Assembly: GCA_965217585.1 (NCBI GenBank)
Contig: OZ244561.1
Span: 3,328,001-3,392,000 of the forward strand
Origin: Candidatus Latescibacterota bacterium
GTDB lineage: Bacteria; Latescibacterota; UBA2968; UBA8231
Length of the DNA stretch: 64,000 nucleotides
Direction of reading: 5' to 3'
Both the position numbers and the translations under genes were made by a program. The notes beneath the pieces were generated by a model. The model did not search any database, had not been told where the DNA came from, and was given only the letters and a program-made list of their open reading frames with translations. Positions 10,243-19,997 of this stretch are shown here, one piece after another (the stretch's first letter is position 1; every line of letters begins with the position of its first letter).

Positions 10243-12213
10243 TTGGACGATAAACCGCCCTACCCCTACCGCGGCTGCAGCTTCCGGGCCATAGCCGTGG
10301 GCCTAGCCCTGGCAGCTTTTATGGCCGTGGCCATCCCCTACGGCGACATGATCATCAAGGGCTCGCAGATGGGGGTGTGGAACACCAGCCCGGGGGCCAT
10401 TTTCCTCTTTGTCGTGCTGGTCGGTCTGGTCAATGTCGCCCTGCGCCTGGTACGCCGCGGTCTGGCCCTGGACAAGAGCGAATTGGCCGTCGTGTACATC
10501 CTGCTGCTCATCGCCAATACCCTGCCCGCCCGGGGCTTTACCGCGTACGTCATGCCCATTGCCACCGGGGCGCAGTACTATGCCACGCCCGAAAACGACT
10601 GGGCCGAGCGACTTTTGCCCTTTCTGCCCGACTGGGCCACTGTGCAGGACGAGCGGGTGGTGCGCCAGTACTACGAAGGAGCCGACCAAACCCAGGCCGG
10701 CGTGCCCTGGGACGCTTGGGCCGCTCCGCTGCTCTACTGGCTCCTCTTTGGCCTAGCCCTGTACCTGGTCATGGTCTGCGTCTCGGTCGTGCTGCGCCGC
10801 CAGTGGGTCGAGCGCGAGCGCTTGGTCTATCCCACGATGCAACTGCCCCTGCACATGATCGAGGAGGCGCACAGCGATGCAGAGGAGTCTTCGCCGATCC
10901 CCCCCTTCTTTAAAAACCGCGTCATGTGGCTAGGCTTCCTTCTGCCCTTCCTCATCGGCAATATCAACGCCCTGCACAATTACTTCCACTACATTCCCTC
11001 AATCAGCACCAGCTTTGGCTCCATGACCTTGTTTCGCGGCTCCATTGGCGTGGGCTTCACCCTCAGCTTTACCCTGCTGGGCTTTTCCTTTCTCATCAGC
11101 CGCAACATTGCCGCTGGTCTCTGTTTCTTCTACCTCATCAACGTGGTTGAACAGGGCCTTTTCCGCCTGTTCGGCATCAAAATCGACCCGGGGCCAGTGG
11201 GGGCTTTCGGCCACTACGCCCACCCCATCGTCATGTACCAGGCCATGGGCGGCATGATCGTCTTGGTGCTGATCGGCCTGTGGAACGCCCGCGGCCATTT
11301 GCGCGCGGTCTGGCGCAAGGCCTTTACCGGGGCCGAGGATGTCGACGACGACGACGAGATAATGTCGTACCGCCAAGCCGTCTTGGGCGGTCTGTTGGGT
11401 CTGGGCATCATGACCGTCTGGCTGTGGCAAGCCGGTCTACCCCTGTGGTTAGTGCCCATCCTATTGGGTGCCTGTTTCGTCCTCTTCCTGACCATCACCC
11501 GGGTGGTGGCCGAGGGCGGGGTCGTGGTCATGTTCCCGCCTATCACCGGGCCCGACTTTGTCTCGGCCGGGGTCGGTACCGCGCTGCTGGGGCCCCGCGG
11601 CGGGGCCGCTCTGGCCACCACCTACGTCTGGGCCACAGACGTGCTCATCCTGCTGATGAGCGCCTGCGCCAACGGCCTCAAACTAGCCGAGCAGATCGGC
11701 CGCCACAAAAGGCGCTTGTTCTGGGCCATTATGGGCACGGTTCTGATCACACTGGCCATTTCCATGTGGATCCGCCTAGAGACCGCCTATGCGCACGGAG
11801 CCATCAACCTCAACCAATTCTACGCTGCAAATTCTGCTTGGTATCCCTACCGCTACATGGACATAGTGGTATCCTCCCCACTGGGACCCCACATCGATGG
11901 CTGGATCCAGGTGGGGGTGGGCGCCGGCATCATGGCGATCTTGGAACTGCTGCACTACAAATTCCTCTGGTGGCCCTTCCACCCCCTCGGCTTTCCCATC
12001 AGCTCGGCCTTTGGCTCCATGTGGTTCAGCGTCTTTGCCGCCTTTATCCTCAAAAGCGTCATGCTCAAGTACGGCGGCCCCAACCTCTACCGCAGAGCCG
12101 TACCCTTTTTTCTCGGCCTGATTGTGGGCGAAATCGTCCCGGCCGGCTGCTGGCTGATCATCGACCTGTACACCGGCATGCACGGCAATGTAATAGGCAC
12201 CTTTCTCAACTGA
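10243..12213 (+). CDS. Polytopic membrane protein, DUF6785/DUF6784-like putative transporter
   Basis: Many TM segments; LRRQWVERERLVYP, WWPFHPLGF, LKYGG..LYRRAVPFFLGLIVGE. Confidence 0.75.
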   Translation: MDDKPPYPYRGCSFRAIAVGLALAAFMAVAIPYGDMIIKGSQMGVWNTSPGAIFLFVVLVGLVNVALRLVRRGLALDKSELAVVYILLLIANTLPARGFTAYVMPIATGAQYYATPENDWAERLLPFLPDWATVQDERVVRQYYEGADQTQAGVPWDAWAAPLLYWLLFGLALYLVMVCVSVVLRRQWVERERLVYPTMQLPLHMIEEAHSDAEESSPIPPFFKNRVMWLGFLLPFLIGNINALHNYFHYIPSISTSFGSMTLFRGSIGVGFTLSFTLLGFSFLISRNIAAGLCFFYLINVVEQGLFRLFGIKIDPGPVGAFGHYAHPIVMYQAMGGMIVLVLIGLWNARGHLRAVWRKAFTGAEDVDDDDEIMSYRQAVLGGLLGLGIMTVWLWQAGLPLWLVPILLGACFVLFLTITRVVAEGGVVVMFPPITGPDFVSAGVGTALLGPRGGAALATTYVWATDVLILLMSACANGLKLAEQIGRHKRRLFWAIMGTVLITLAISMWIRLETAYAHGAINLNQFYAANSAWYPYRYMDIVVSSPLGPHIDGWIQVGVGAGIMAILELLHYKFLWWPFHPLGFPISSAFGSMWFSVFAAFILKSVMLKYGGPNLYRRAVPFFLGLIVGEIVPAGCWLIIDLYTGMHGNVIGTFLN

Positions 12214-12624
12214 TTGCTTGGGCCGCCAGATACGCCCGTCGTTCCCGGGCCGGAGGGCATCGTGCAGCACCCAGACCATGGCTTTGCCCAAGCTAGCAAC
12301 TATCTGTCGCGATAATTTGGGAGTCAACTCTATTTTTGTATTGATAATTTTGGAGTTCGGGTCAAAATTCTCGCTTGAGAACTGTCTGTTCGGATACAAG
12401 TAGTTAAACGCCAACGAAACAACAGATACTACAGTGATTGAGAAGTTTTATTCTGTCTTTCCAGCGATGGATGAATTTCTGACGCGGACATTACTTGATT
12501 GAGCAATGATGGTGAAACCGATCGGGACTGAACGAGGCGAGGTCCCCGGTCCCTACGGCTCCGGAAACCTTTGACATCAAACTCGAAGACGAAAAACAAG
12601 TAGGCGGCATGTGGACGAGCCAAC

Positions 12625-13371
12625 ATGAAGTCGCATAAATTCATTGACTACACCTATCTGGAGATCAAGTCGCTTATTGACGCTGGGTGTTTGGCGATCG
12701 TACCCACTGGATGCACGGAGCAGCAGGGGCCACATTTGGCGGTGGATTTCGACACTTGGTTTGCGGAAGCGGTGGCCCTGGAAGCTGCAAAGTATATGAC
12801 GCGCTGTTATAGCATCCGTGCTTTGGTTTTGCCGGCCATGCCATTTGGACCTACGCCCGAACATCGGGGCTTTGGCTCGGGCTATGTCAACATCCCACAC
12901 TCTGTGCATGAAGAGTGTGTCTATTTCGTCCTTGAATCACTTGCGGAGCAGGGCTTCGATACCATCGTTGTCTGGCGCGGCTGCGGCGAGCATCGACTAG
13001 AGGAGGCAGTGGACAGGTTCAACGCGAAATTCTGCCCTTTATGCGTGGCCTACCTTCCCCCTCTGCCGTACCATGACATTTGGTGCCGTGTAGCTGATCC
13101 AAGTGTCTTAGGTGGACACGCCGACAGCTTCACGACCTCAATCGCCCTGTATCGGCGTCCAGACACGGTCCGACTCGACAGGATCCCGTCAACTAGCTCA
13201 AGGGAGGTGGATTGGAACGATCCGCATCTCGATTTCACGAAATATTCAGACACTGGTGTCATAGGCGACGCGACCCAAGCGAGTGCCGAATTGGGGCGCA
13301 GGCTTTGGCAAGAGGTCATATCGACCACGGCAGCGGTATTCAGAGATTGTGGCTCGAACATAGATCGTTGA
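12625..13371 (+). CDS. Creatininase-family amidohydrolase
   Basis: PTGCTEQQGPHLAVDFD, EH, GGHADSFTTS, GVIGDATQASAELG. Confidence 0.85.
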   Translation: MKSHKFIDYTYLEIKSLIDAGCLAIVPTGCTEQQGPHLAVDFDTWFAEAVALEAAKYMTRCYSIRALVLPAMPFGPTPEHRGFGSGYVNIPHSVHEECVYFVLESLAEQGFDTIVVWRGCGEHRLEEAVDRFNAKFCPLCVAYLPPLPYHDIWCRVADPSVLGGHADSFTTSIALYRRPDTVRLDRIPSTSSREVDWNDPHLDFTKYSDTGVIGDATQASAELGRRLWQEVISTTAAVFRDCGSNIDR

Positions 13372-13460
13372 CATCGCACGCCTGCCGATCTATACTGCAC
13401 ACCTGCCGATGGATTGGAACCGTTCGATAGTAAGAAATCGACTTATACATATCGGATTAC

Positions 13461-14489
13461 ATGATTGAAAAGCCCATGATTATATCCCGAATAGCTATAC
13501 ACCAGCCCGCCGGTCTGTTGCGCATTCTGACCGACGCGGGCCTGGAAGGTCGCTGTACTGGTGTGGCGGCCACGGTTGCCGGGGCCGACGTGGCCGAGGC
13601 GGCCTCTATCCTCATCAATGCGAATCCCGTCGATCGCGAACGGATATGGCTGGCGTTCAATGAAATGGACGGGAGCGTGCCTGCCGATCTTCGCGCCTGT
13701 ATCGACGTCGCGTTGTGGGACCTCACGGCTAGGGTCGCTGGCCAGCCGGTGCATAGGCATGTCAATGGCTTTCGCAACCGCATTCCGGTGTGCAGGAGGG
13801 GTTCGGCGCAAAACTCGGCGGAAGAGATCGTCGAGGAAGCGCAGGAAGCGCAGGGTGCAGGTTTCCGGGCTTACAAATTCGACGCCTTTTTGGACGAAGA
13901 AGCGCTCGTCGACCTGATCCACGATGTGCGCAGGGCTGTCGGAGCGGATTTCTGCCTGTTGTTCGACGGCCGGACGCGGTGGATCATTGATAAGGCGATA
14001 CGGATCGGCAGGGCGCTCGACGCTGCGGACTTTTTCTGTTTTGACCGGCCGCGGCCCGACAACGACTTTTCCGGAGGCAGGCAGGTAGCCGTCGCGCTCG
14101 ATACCCCGATAAGCATGGGTGTGTCCAGCCCCATGGAAGCGGCCCAAGTCATGGCAGCCCAGGCGGCCGACCACGTTCGCACCGGGGTAACTCAGGCCGG
14201 TGGCATGACGGATGTGCTCAAGGCCGCCCGCTGTGCCGAAGCCTTCGGGGCCTACTGCCATCTGGACGGTTTAGGGATATGCGACGGTTTCGCCCACCTA
14301 CATCTCGCGGGCACCATTCGGAATACGCCCTTTCTGGAAATAGCTGAAAACGGATCCTCTTCGCCGTTCATCGAGAATCCGCTGCAGATATGCGATGGGT
14401 ACATCGAGGTTCCCGATGCGCCGGGACTGGGCATGGAGATCGACATGGGCACCGTCAACGAGCACACTGAGGAACTGATTGAGATCTGA
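13461..14489 (+). CDS. Enolase-superfamily (mandelate racemase/MLE-like) protein, divergent
   Basis: IDVALWDL..R..GQPV, GFRAYK, GG.T..LK.A..AEAFG, GYIEVPDAPGLG. Confidence 0.8.
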   Translation: MIEKPMIISRIAIHQPAGLLRILTDAGLEGRCTGVAATVAGADVAEAASILINANPVDRERIWLAFNEMDGSVPADLRACIDVALWDLTARVAGQPVHRHVNGFRNRIPVCRRGSAQNSAEEIVEEAQEAQGAGFRAYKFDAFLDEEALVDLIHDVRRAVGADFCLLFDGRTRWIIDKAIRIGRALDAADFFCFDRPRPDNDFSGGRQVAVALDTPISMGVSSPMEAAQVMAAQAADHVRTGVTQAGGMTDVLKAARCAEAFGAYCHLDGLGICDGFAHLHLAGTIRNTPFLEIAENGSSSPFIENPLQICDGYIEVPDAPGLGMEIDMGTVNEHTEELIEI

Positions 14490-14507
14490 GGCTGACTAGG
14501 ATACCCT

Positions 14508-15695
14508 ATGCAGATTCGGGATATTAAGTGTTACCTATTGCAGGGCGAACCCGCGACGCGGCAGGAGAGTTGCGGGAGTAGAGGAAGCATCGCTCCCGTG
14601 CCGCCGGGCATCTCTGGGCTGCTTACCCACGACCAGGGATTCGGTGCCGCCGATCCCGAGGGATTTACGTTCACCGGGGAAGGACCCGAGCCAACGTACC
14701 GCCTGATGATCCGGCTCGTGACGGATGGAGAACTGGATGCATACGCCAACTATGCCACAGGTTTCGATCCTCGGGAACTGGAATGGCAGGCCAAGGCGTT
14801 TCTGGCCCGGTATGCCCACATGCTCATCGGCGTGGATGCCTTCGACCGGGAATACATCTGGCAGCGGTTTTGGATGGCCCAGCGGTTCATGTACACGGGA
14901 AGGGGGCTGCTCGATACCATTGACCGGATGTTGTGGGACTTGGCGAGTCGGAGTGTTCGCCTGCCGATCTACAAGCTGCTCGGGGCCTGCCGCGAAAGCG
15001 TCCCCGCCTACTGCAACGTCGGCGGCCGGACCATTGACGACTTGGTGGCCCACGCGGTGAAACGGGTGGAAGAAGAGGGGTTCATCGGCTGCAAGGATCA
15101 CTCGTACCGGGGGGTGAAAGGCAACGGCGAGATGGCCATGAAGCTGCGGGAGACGCTGGGTGACGATATCCTGCTCTTTCACGACGCCGTCGAGTCGTAT
15201 ACGGTCGAGGAGGCTGTGAAAATCGGCCGCATACTGGAGAAGTGTCGTTACCGGTGGATCGAAGAGCCGCTGCAGGACTACGATATCATGGGTTTGAAGA
15301 AGCTGTGCGACGCCCTCGATCTTCCGGTTTTGACCCTTGAGTGGATCGGTGCCATCGGCGGACAGCCCTACAATACGGCGCCGTACCTGGCGTTACAGGC
15401 CGCCGATATCGTCCGGCAGCGGGGCATCGGCATCACGGGCCAAGTCAAGCAGGCCCAACTGGCCGAAAGCTTCGGTGTGGAGGTGCACGGCGGCGATCCC
15501 CAAGTCATCCTAGCTGTTGGCAACGATCCCGTCTTTGAAGCCTCGGGAGTGCTGCCGCGTCCTCCCGAGGAGGAGCTGGATTGCCGGGGTACGGTTGTCG
15601 TAGAGAACGGCGCTATGTCGATAGCTTGGAGCGACCGTCCCGCGACGGAACCGGACTGGGACGAGGTGGCCCGGAGCGCCGTTTCCGTCATTTGA
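14508..15695 (+). CDS. Enolase-superfamily (mandelate racemase/MLE-like) protein
   Basis: IDRMLWDL, LPIYKLLG..RESVPAY, KDH, WIEEPL. Confidence 0.83.
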   Translation: MQIRDIKCYLLQGEPATRQESCGSRGSIAPVPPGISGLLTHDQGFGAADPEGFTFTGEGPEPTYRLMIRLVTDGELDAYANYATGFDPRELEWQAKAFLARYAHMLIGVDAFDREYIWQRFWMAQRFMYTGRGLLDTIDRMLWDLASRSVRLPIYKLLGACRESVPAYCNVGGRTIDDLVAHAVKRVEEEGFIGCKDHSYRGVKGNGEMAMKLRETLGDDILLFHDAVESYTVEEAVKIGRILEKCRYRWIEEPLQDYDIMGLKKLCDALDLPVLTLEWIGAIGGQPYNTAPYLALQAADIVRQRGIGITGQVKQAQLAESFGVEVHGGDPQVILAVGNDPVFEASGVLPRPPEEELDCRGTVVVENGAMSIAWSDRPATEPDWDEVARSAVSVI

Positions 15696-15751
15696 CCGCG
15701 GAACTATCCTACTAAAGCCAACACGACCGAACCTGTTCGATATAGGAGACC

Positions 15752-15840
15752 GCTGTGTCATAACAGCGAAGGCCTCCTACTCACCCCTCGCCCGCCAAAA
15801 CCTCGCCCAATTCCCGCACCTACCCCTCGTCCTCGGATTA
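15752..15840 (-). repeat. Degenerate copy of the 3' end and downstream flank of gene 45880..47238
   Basis: CTGTGTCATAACAGCGAAGG...TCACCCC.CGCCCGCCAAA.CCTC aligns with 45852-45940. Confidence 0.8.
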
Positions 15841-15864
15841 TTCCATTTGTAATAGGAGGGTATT

Positions 15865-16497
15865 ATGAGCAAGATCAACACAGCGGTGATCACCGGACAA
15901 CATGCCTTTGATGTGCCGGGATTCCACGCGTTGTTCAGAAGTATTCCCGACATTGATTTTTATCTACAGGATTTGGAGAACTTTGCGGCAGATGCTGGCA
16001 AAGTCCGAGCGCAGTATGATGTCCTCGTGTTCTATAACTTCCATCGGCAGACGCCCGACGAAGGGAGCGTCAGGGAAGCCATTGAACAACTCGGTGAAAA
16101 TCAGGCGGGTATCTTGGTGTTGCACCATGCCATCCTCGCGTTTCCGCAGTGGCCATTGTGGTCGGATCTGTGCGGCATTCAAGATCGCAGTTTCGGTTTC
16201 AAGGTTGACCAAAACCTGCGTGTTGACATCGTGGATCCGCAGCACCCGATTCTCCGGGGATTGGCTCCGTGGGGAATGGTGGATGAGACTTATATCATGG
16301 CGGATCCGGGGGACGACAGTGACCTGTTGTTGACCACTGATCACCCTGAGAGTATGAAGACGCTGGCGTGGACTCGACAGTACAAGAACGCTCGGGTGTT
16401 CTGTTGTCAGTCGGGGCACGACAATCAGGTCTTTGCCGACCCAAATTTTCGCACGGTTATTGCGCGGGGTATTCAGTGGCTGGCGGGAAGGATCTAG
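15865..16497 (+). CDS. ThuA-like (class I glutamine amidotransferase fold) protein
   Basis: YDVLVFYN, GILVLHHA, DETY, LAWTR, GHD, RGIQWLAG; strong RBS AGGAGG. Confidence 0.85.
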   Translation: MSKINTAVITGQHAFDVPGFHALFRSIPDIDFYLQDLENFAADAGKVRAQYDVLVFYNFHRQTPDEGSVREAIEQLGENQAGILVLHHAILAFPQWPLWSDLCGIQDRSFGFKVDQNLRVDIVDPQHPILRGLAPWGMVDETYIMADPGDDSDLLLTTDHPESMKTLAWTRQYKNARVFCCQSGHDNQVFADPNFRTVIARGIQWLAGRI

Positions 16498-16511
16498 GGA
16501 GGAAAGGGTCA

Positions 16512-17462
16512 ATGCGGACGTTGAGTATTCAGGGCTTACCTGATAAGAGAAGGCAGAAAGTCCTGGTCCATGATTGGCCTGAGCCGGAGGGACCAACCGG
16601 CAACGAAGTCAAAACCGAGACGATCTACTCCGGGATAACAAACGGCACGGAACGCAATCAACTGATTGGCGGCAACTACGCTCCCAAAGATGAACAACTG
16701 CCCACCGGTGGAGGCGGCTACCAAAATGTGGGACGGGTGATTGAGGTGGGGCCCGCTGTCAGCGAACTACAGATTGGGGATGTGCTGTATATGAGTGCCG
16801 TCCATGCAGAGTACGTCGTGATGCCAGAAGATGGCTTGCTCATCAAGCTGCCTGACTCGATCGACCGCAAGGAGGCGGCGCTTTTTGGGATGACCAGTGT
16901 CGCCATGCGCACCTGCCGTAACGCCGAGTTGCAGATGGGAGAACGGGTGTTGCTCGTGGGGGCTGGCATCATCGGCCAGGTCGCCGCACAGATTGCTACC
17001 AGCATGGGAGCGCGCATCACGCTTTGCGATATCAATGCCAACCGGCTGGAGATTGCTAGGCAGATTGGTGCGGCTGAAACCGTGCTGGATGTTGCAGGGG
17101 ACGGATGGGAAAAAGGGATCGCTGACGGGACGTTCGATGCGGTGATTGACTTTGCCGGCGTACCGGGCATGGAGGATCAGCTTATCAGTGCTGTGCGCCA
17201 GCGCGGCCGGGTTGTATTCATCGCTGGACGGGACGAAGTGACCTATACCTTTAACCTCGGTCAGGGACGCGAGATCCAGCTAAAACAAAACAGTCATTTT
17301 GATCGCGATGACCTGCAGAATCTGTGTCGTCTGGTCGATCGAGGGTTGGTGAAGATTGGGCCCTTAATCCGCGATGTCGTCCCGGTGAGCGAAGCCAAGC
17401 GCATCTATGACACACTGCGGGATCCACCCGATGAACTGTTGGGGACGGTGTTTGTATGGTAA
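16512..17462 (+). CDS. Zinc-binding/MDR alcohol dehydrogenase family
   Basis: SGITNGTE, GYQNVGRVIEVG, GAGIIG Rossmann motif; start at MRTLSI after GGAGG. Confidence 0.83.
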   Translation: MRTLSIQGLPDKRRQKVLVHDWPEPEGPTGNEVKTETIYSGITNGTERNQLIGGNYAPKDEQLPTGGGGYQNVGRVIEVGPAVSELQIGDVLYMSAVHAEYVVMPEDGLLIKLPDSIDRKEAALFGMTSVAMRTCRNAELQMGERVLLVGAGIIGQVAAQIATSMGARITLCDINANRLEIARQIGAAETVLDVAGDGWEKGIADGTFDAVIDFAGVPGMEDQLISAVRQRGRVVFIAGRDEVTYTFNLGQGREIQLKQNSHFDRDDLQNLCRLVDRGLVKIGPLIRDVVPVSEAKRIYDTLRDPPDELLGTVFVW

Positions 17463-17501
17463 GCGAATTCGGTTGCCTCGCCTCTGGAAATCCATGCCGT
17501 T

Positions 17502-17948
17502 ATGATTGACCCCCCTTCGCACGAGCCGACCGGTTACCGCTGCCCGTTCTGCGCAATAGCAGGCGGCGCGGAATCCGAGTTTACGGCGTGGCGCGACGAG
17601 CATGTTCTGGTGCAGATTGCGCTGCACTGGAACCCAGCCAACCCCGGCAAGGCGCTGGTGATCCCGCTGGCACACATTGAGAACATCTACACGCTGCCCG
17701 ACGAGCTGGCCGGCCGCATCGCCCACATGGTGCGCCGCGTGGCGGTCGCCATCCGCACCGGGTATCCCTGTGACGGCGTGACGGTGCGGCAAAACAACGA
17801 GCCGGCCGGTGGCCAGGACGTTTGGCATCTGCACACGCACGTGATCCCGCGGTACATCGGTGATGGGAGGTATCTGGGAGTGCCCGTGCGGGCCGATGAT
17901 CGAGATCGTGCGCGCTACGCGGATCGCCTGCGCGAGCTTCTCAGGTAG
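17502..17948 (+). CDS. HIT family hydrolase
   Basis: CPFC and GGQDVWHLHTHVIPR (HxHxH). Confidence 0.92.
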   Translation: MIDPPSHEPTGYRCPFCAIAGGAESEFTAWRDEHVLVQIALHWNPANPGKALVIPLAHIENIYTLPDELAGRIAHMVRRVAVAIRTGYPCDGVTVRQNNEPAGGQDVWHLHTHVIPRYIGDGRYLGVPVRADDRDRARYADRLRELLR

Positions 17949-18113
17949 GACGCTGGGTGAACTACCCTGGCCTCGGAGTGTCTGCGCATCATCGGTTCGC
18001 AGTGGCTTTCCTTCCTTCGGAGAGGAGTTGCCTAGGTTATTCGAAGAGTTTAACGTGAAGTTGGTGTCGCAGCGTCGCAAAACGCCGTTGCCCATAGAAA
18101 AGGAGCATGACCG

Positions 18114-18314
18114 ATGTCAACCATATCGGAGATTCAGCAGGCGATCATAAGCCTTTCTAAATCCGACTACGCTCAACTGAGGCGCTGGCTCAATGAATAC
18201 GACTGGAAAGAGTGGGATCAGCAAATCGAAGCGGATTCGGACGACGGAAAGCTGGACTTCCTAGTTGATCAGGCCACGGAAGCCAAACGACAAGGCACGC
18301 TGGAAGACCTGTAG
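18114..18314 (+). CDS. Small putative antitoxin
   Basis: 66 aa, WDQQIEAD...GKLD.L; RBS AAGGAG; stop overlaps the toxin start. Confidence 0.75.
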   Translation: MSTISEIQQAIISLSKSDYAQLRRWLNEYDWKEWDQQIEADSDDGKLDFLVDQATEAKRQGTLEDL

Positions 18315-18568
18315 TGCATAGGACGACGCCCGCCTTCTGGTCACATTTCGAACGGCTGCCCGAAGCAGCCCAGAGAGTCGCAAGACGCAATTTCGAACGT
18401 CTCAAGGAGAATCCAAGACACGCCTCACTGCGATTCAAGAAAGTCGGCAGATTCTGGTCAGTCCGGGTCGGGCGTTCCTATCGTGCCCTCGCCGTTGAAG
18501 ATGGAGACGATTTTATATGGGTATGGATTGGCAGTCATGCCGACTACGATAGGATAGTTGGTCTGTAA
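18314..18568 (+). CDS. RelE/ParE-like toxin
   Basis: LKENPRHASLRFKKVG..WSVRVG.SYRAL...WVWIGSHADYD. Confidence 0.8.
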   Translation: MHRTTPAFWSHFERLPEAAQRVARRNFERLKENPRHASLRFKKVGRFWSVRVGRSYRALAVEDGDDFIWVWIGSHADYDRIVGL

Positions 18569-18577
18569 GGACTATTC

Positions 18578-19838
18578 CAGGGCAATCGCACCAAAAATTG
18601 AGATTTGTCATAGGGTTATGTTATATTTTCTGTGTCTTTTTCGATAGCGCTGGTGCGCTGCTTCTCTCCCCTTCTCTTGGAACGTTTCCCCATGGCACCT
18701 TCGGCTGATTCACTGATTGAACATTTTTCCCAGGTACCCGATCCCCGTATCGAGCGCAGCCAAAGGCATCGTCTCATCGATATTGTGGTCATTGCCGTGT
18801 GTGGCGCGATCTGCGGGGCCGACAACTGGGTGCATATCGCTGAGTTTGGGCGATCCAAATACGACTGGCTAAAAACCTTTCTGGCGTTGCCCAATGGCAT
18901 TCCTTCCCATGACACCTTCGGCCGCGTCTTCGCCCGGATCTCGCCCGAGCATTTCCAGGACTGTTTCAGTGCTTGGGTCCAATCCCTCCTCCCCAAGCTT
19001 GAGGAAGAGATTGTGCCTATTGATGGCAAAACGTTGCGCCACTCTTATGACCGAACCTCGGGTAAAGCAGCCGTACATATGGTCAATGCCTGGGCGGTGA
19101 AAAACCGACTGGTGTTAGGCCAGTTCCACTGTGAAGGCGGTCTGGACGAGATCACCCTCATTCCCGAACTGCTGCGTGTGCTGGCGCTCAAAGGCTGCAT
19201 CGTCACCGTCGATGCCATCGGCTGCCACAAAAGCGTGGCCGAACAGGTCATCGACCGGCAAGGCGACTACGTACTGGCCGTCAAGGCTAATCAGCCCAAG
19301 CTGTTGCATCATCTGCGTCAGGTCTTCGACCGAGGGGAGCCTCAACTGCATCAGGATCTATCGGTCGACATGTTTGAGACCTACGATGAAAACCACGGCC
19401 GCATTGAGACCCGCCGGTACTGGACCACCGATCAGGTCGACGCTTTTGCCGATGGGACCGCTTGGAAGGGCTTAGGCTTGTTCGGTATGGTTGAAGCCCA
19501 GCGACAGGTAGGCGATCAAGTCTCCGTGGAACGACGCTACTATATCTCCAGCCTGGACAACGATGCCCAGCGGTTTGGTGAAGCGGTGCGTAGTCATTGG
19601 AGCATTGAAAATTCCTTGCACTGGATACTGGATGTGGTCTTCCGTGAAGATGACTCACGGGTACGCACCGGCCATGCCCCGGAAAATATGGCCCTCCTGC
19701 GACAGATTGCCGTGAGTCTGCTCCAGCAAGAGAAGACGGCCAAGGTCGGCGTCCAGACCAAACGGCTCAAGGCCGGATGGGATAACACCTATTTGGCTAA
19801 AGTATTGTCCGCTGGGCACTTTTGATGCGATTGCCCTG
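18578..19838 (+). mobile_element. ISAs1-family IS, complete
   Basis: Terminal IRs CAGGGCAATCGCA/TGCGATTGCCCTG; 9-bp target duplication GGACTATTC (18569-77, 19839-47). Confidence 0.95.
18692..19825 (+). CDS. ISAs1 (H-repeat) transposase
   Basis: DPR, GIPSHDTFGRVF, IDGKTLR, HWSIENSLHWILDVVFREDDSR. Confidence 0.95.
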   Translation: MAPSADSLIEHFSQVPDPRIERSQRHRLIDIVVIAVCGAICGADNWVHIAEFGRSKYDWLKTFLALPNGIPSHDTFGRVFARISPEHFQDCFSAWVQSLLPKLEEEIVPIDGKTLRHSYDRTSGKAAVHMVNAWAVKNRLVLGQFHCEGGLDEITLIPELLRVLALKGCIVTVDAIGCHKSVAEQVIDRQGDYVLAVKANQPKLLHHLRQVFDRGEPQLHQDLSVDMFETYDENHGRIETRRYWTTDQVDAFADGTAWKGLGLFGMVEAQRQVGDQVSVERRYYISSLDNDAQRFGEAVRSHWSIENSLHWILDVVFREDDSRVRTGHAPENMALLRQIAVSLLQQEKTAKVGVQTKRLKAGWDNTYLAKVLSAGHF

Positions 19839-19997
19839 GGACTATTCATGTATCGAGGGATCTGCAAACGCTTTTTATGGAGCTGGCCTGACCCTTGTTC
19901 GGGCTCAGCGCCCTGACTGAGAATCCCAAAAGGGCCTTTATACCCCCACGTAGGATTGGGACTGTTTCAACATCGACAAATGCACAGGAGGCTTTAG

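Noticed and set aside
11280-12296. 338-aa alternative-frame ORF (similarly 60211..61158, 58823..59731, 13443..14261)
   Set aside because: Arg/Pro/Gly-rich shadow ORFs overlapping well-supported genes in GC-rich DNA.
12214-12624. Possible gene remnants or ncRNA in the intergenic region
   Set aside because: No recognisable motif, repeat partner or stable structure could be supported by eye.
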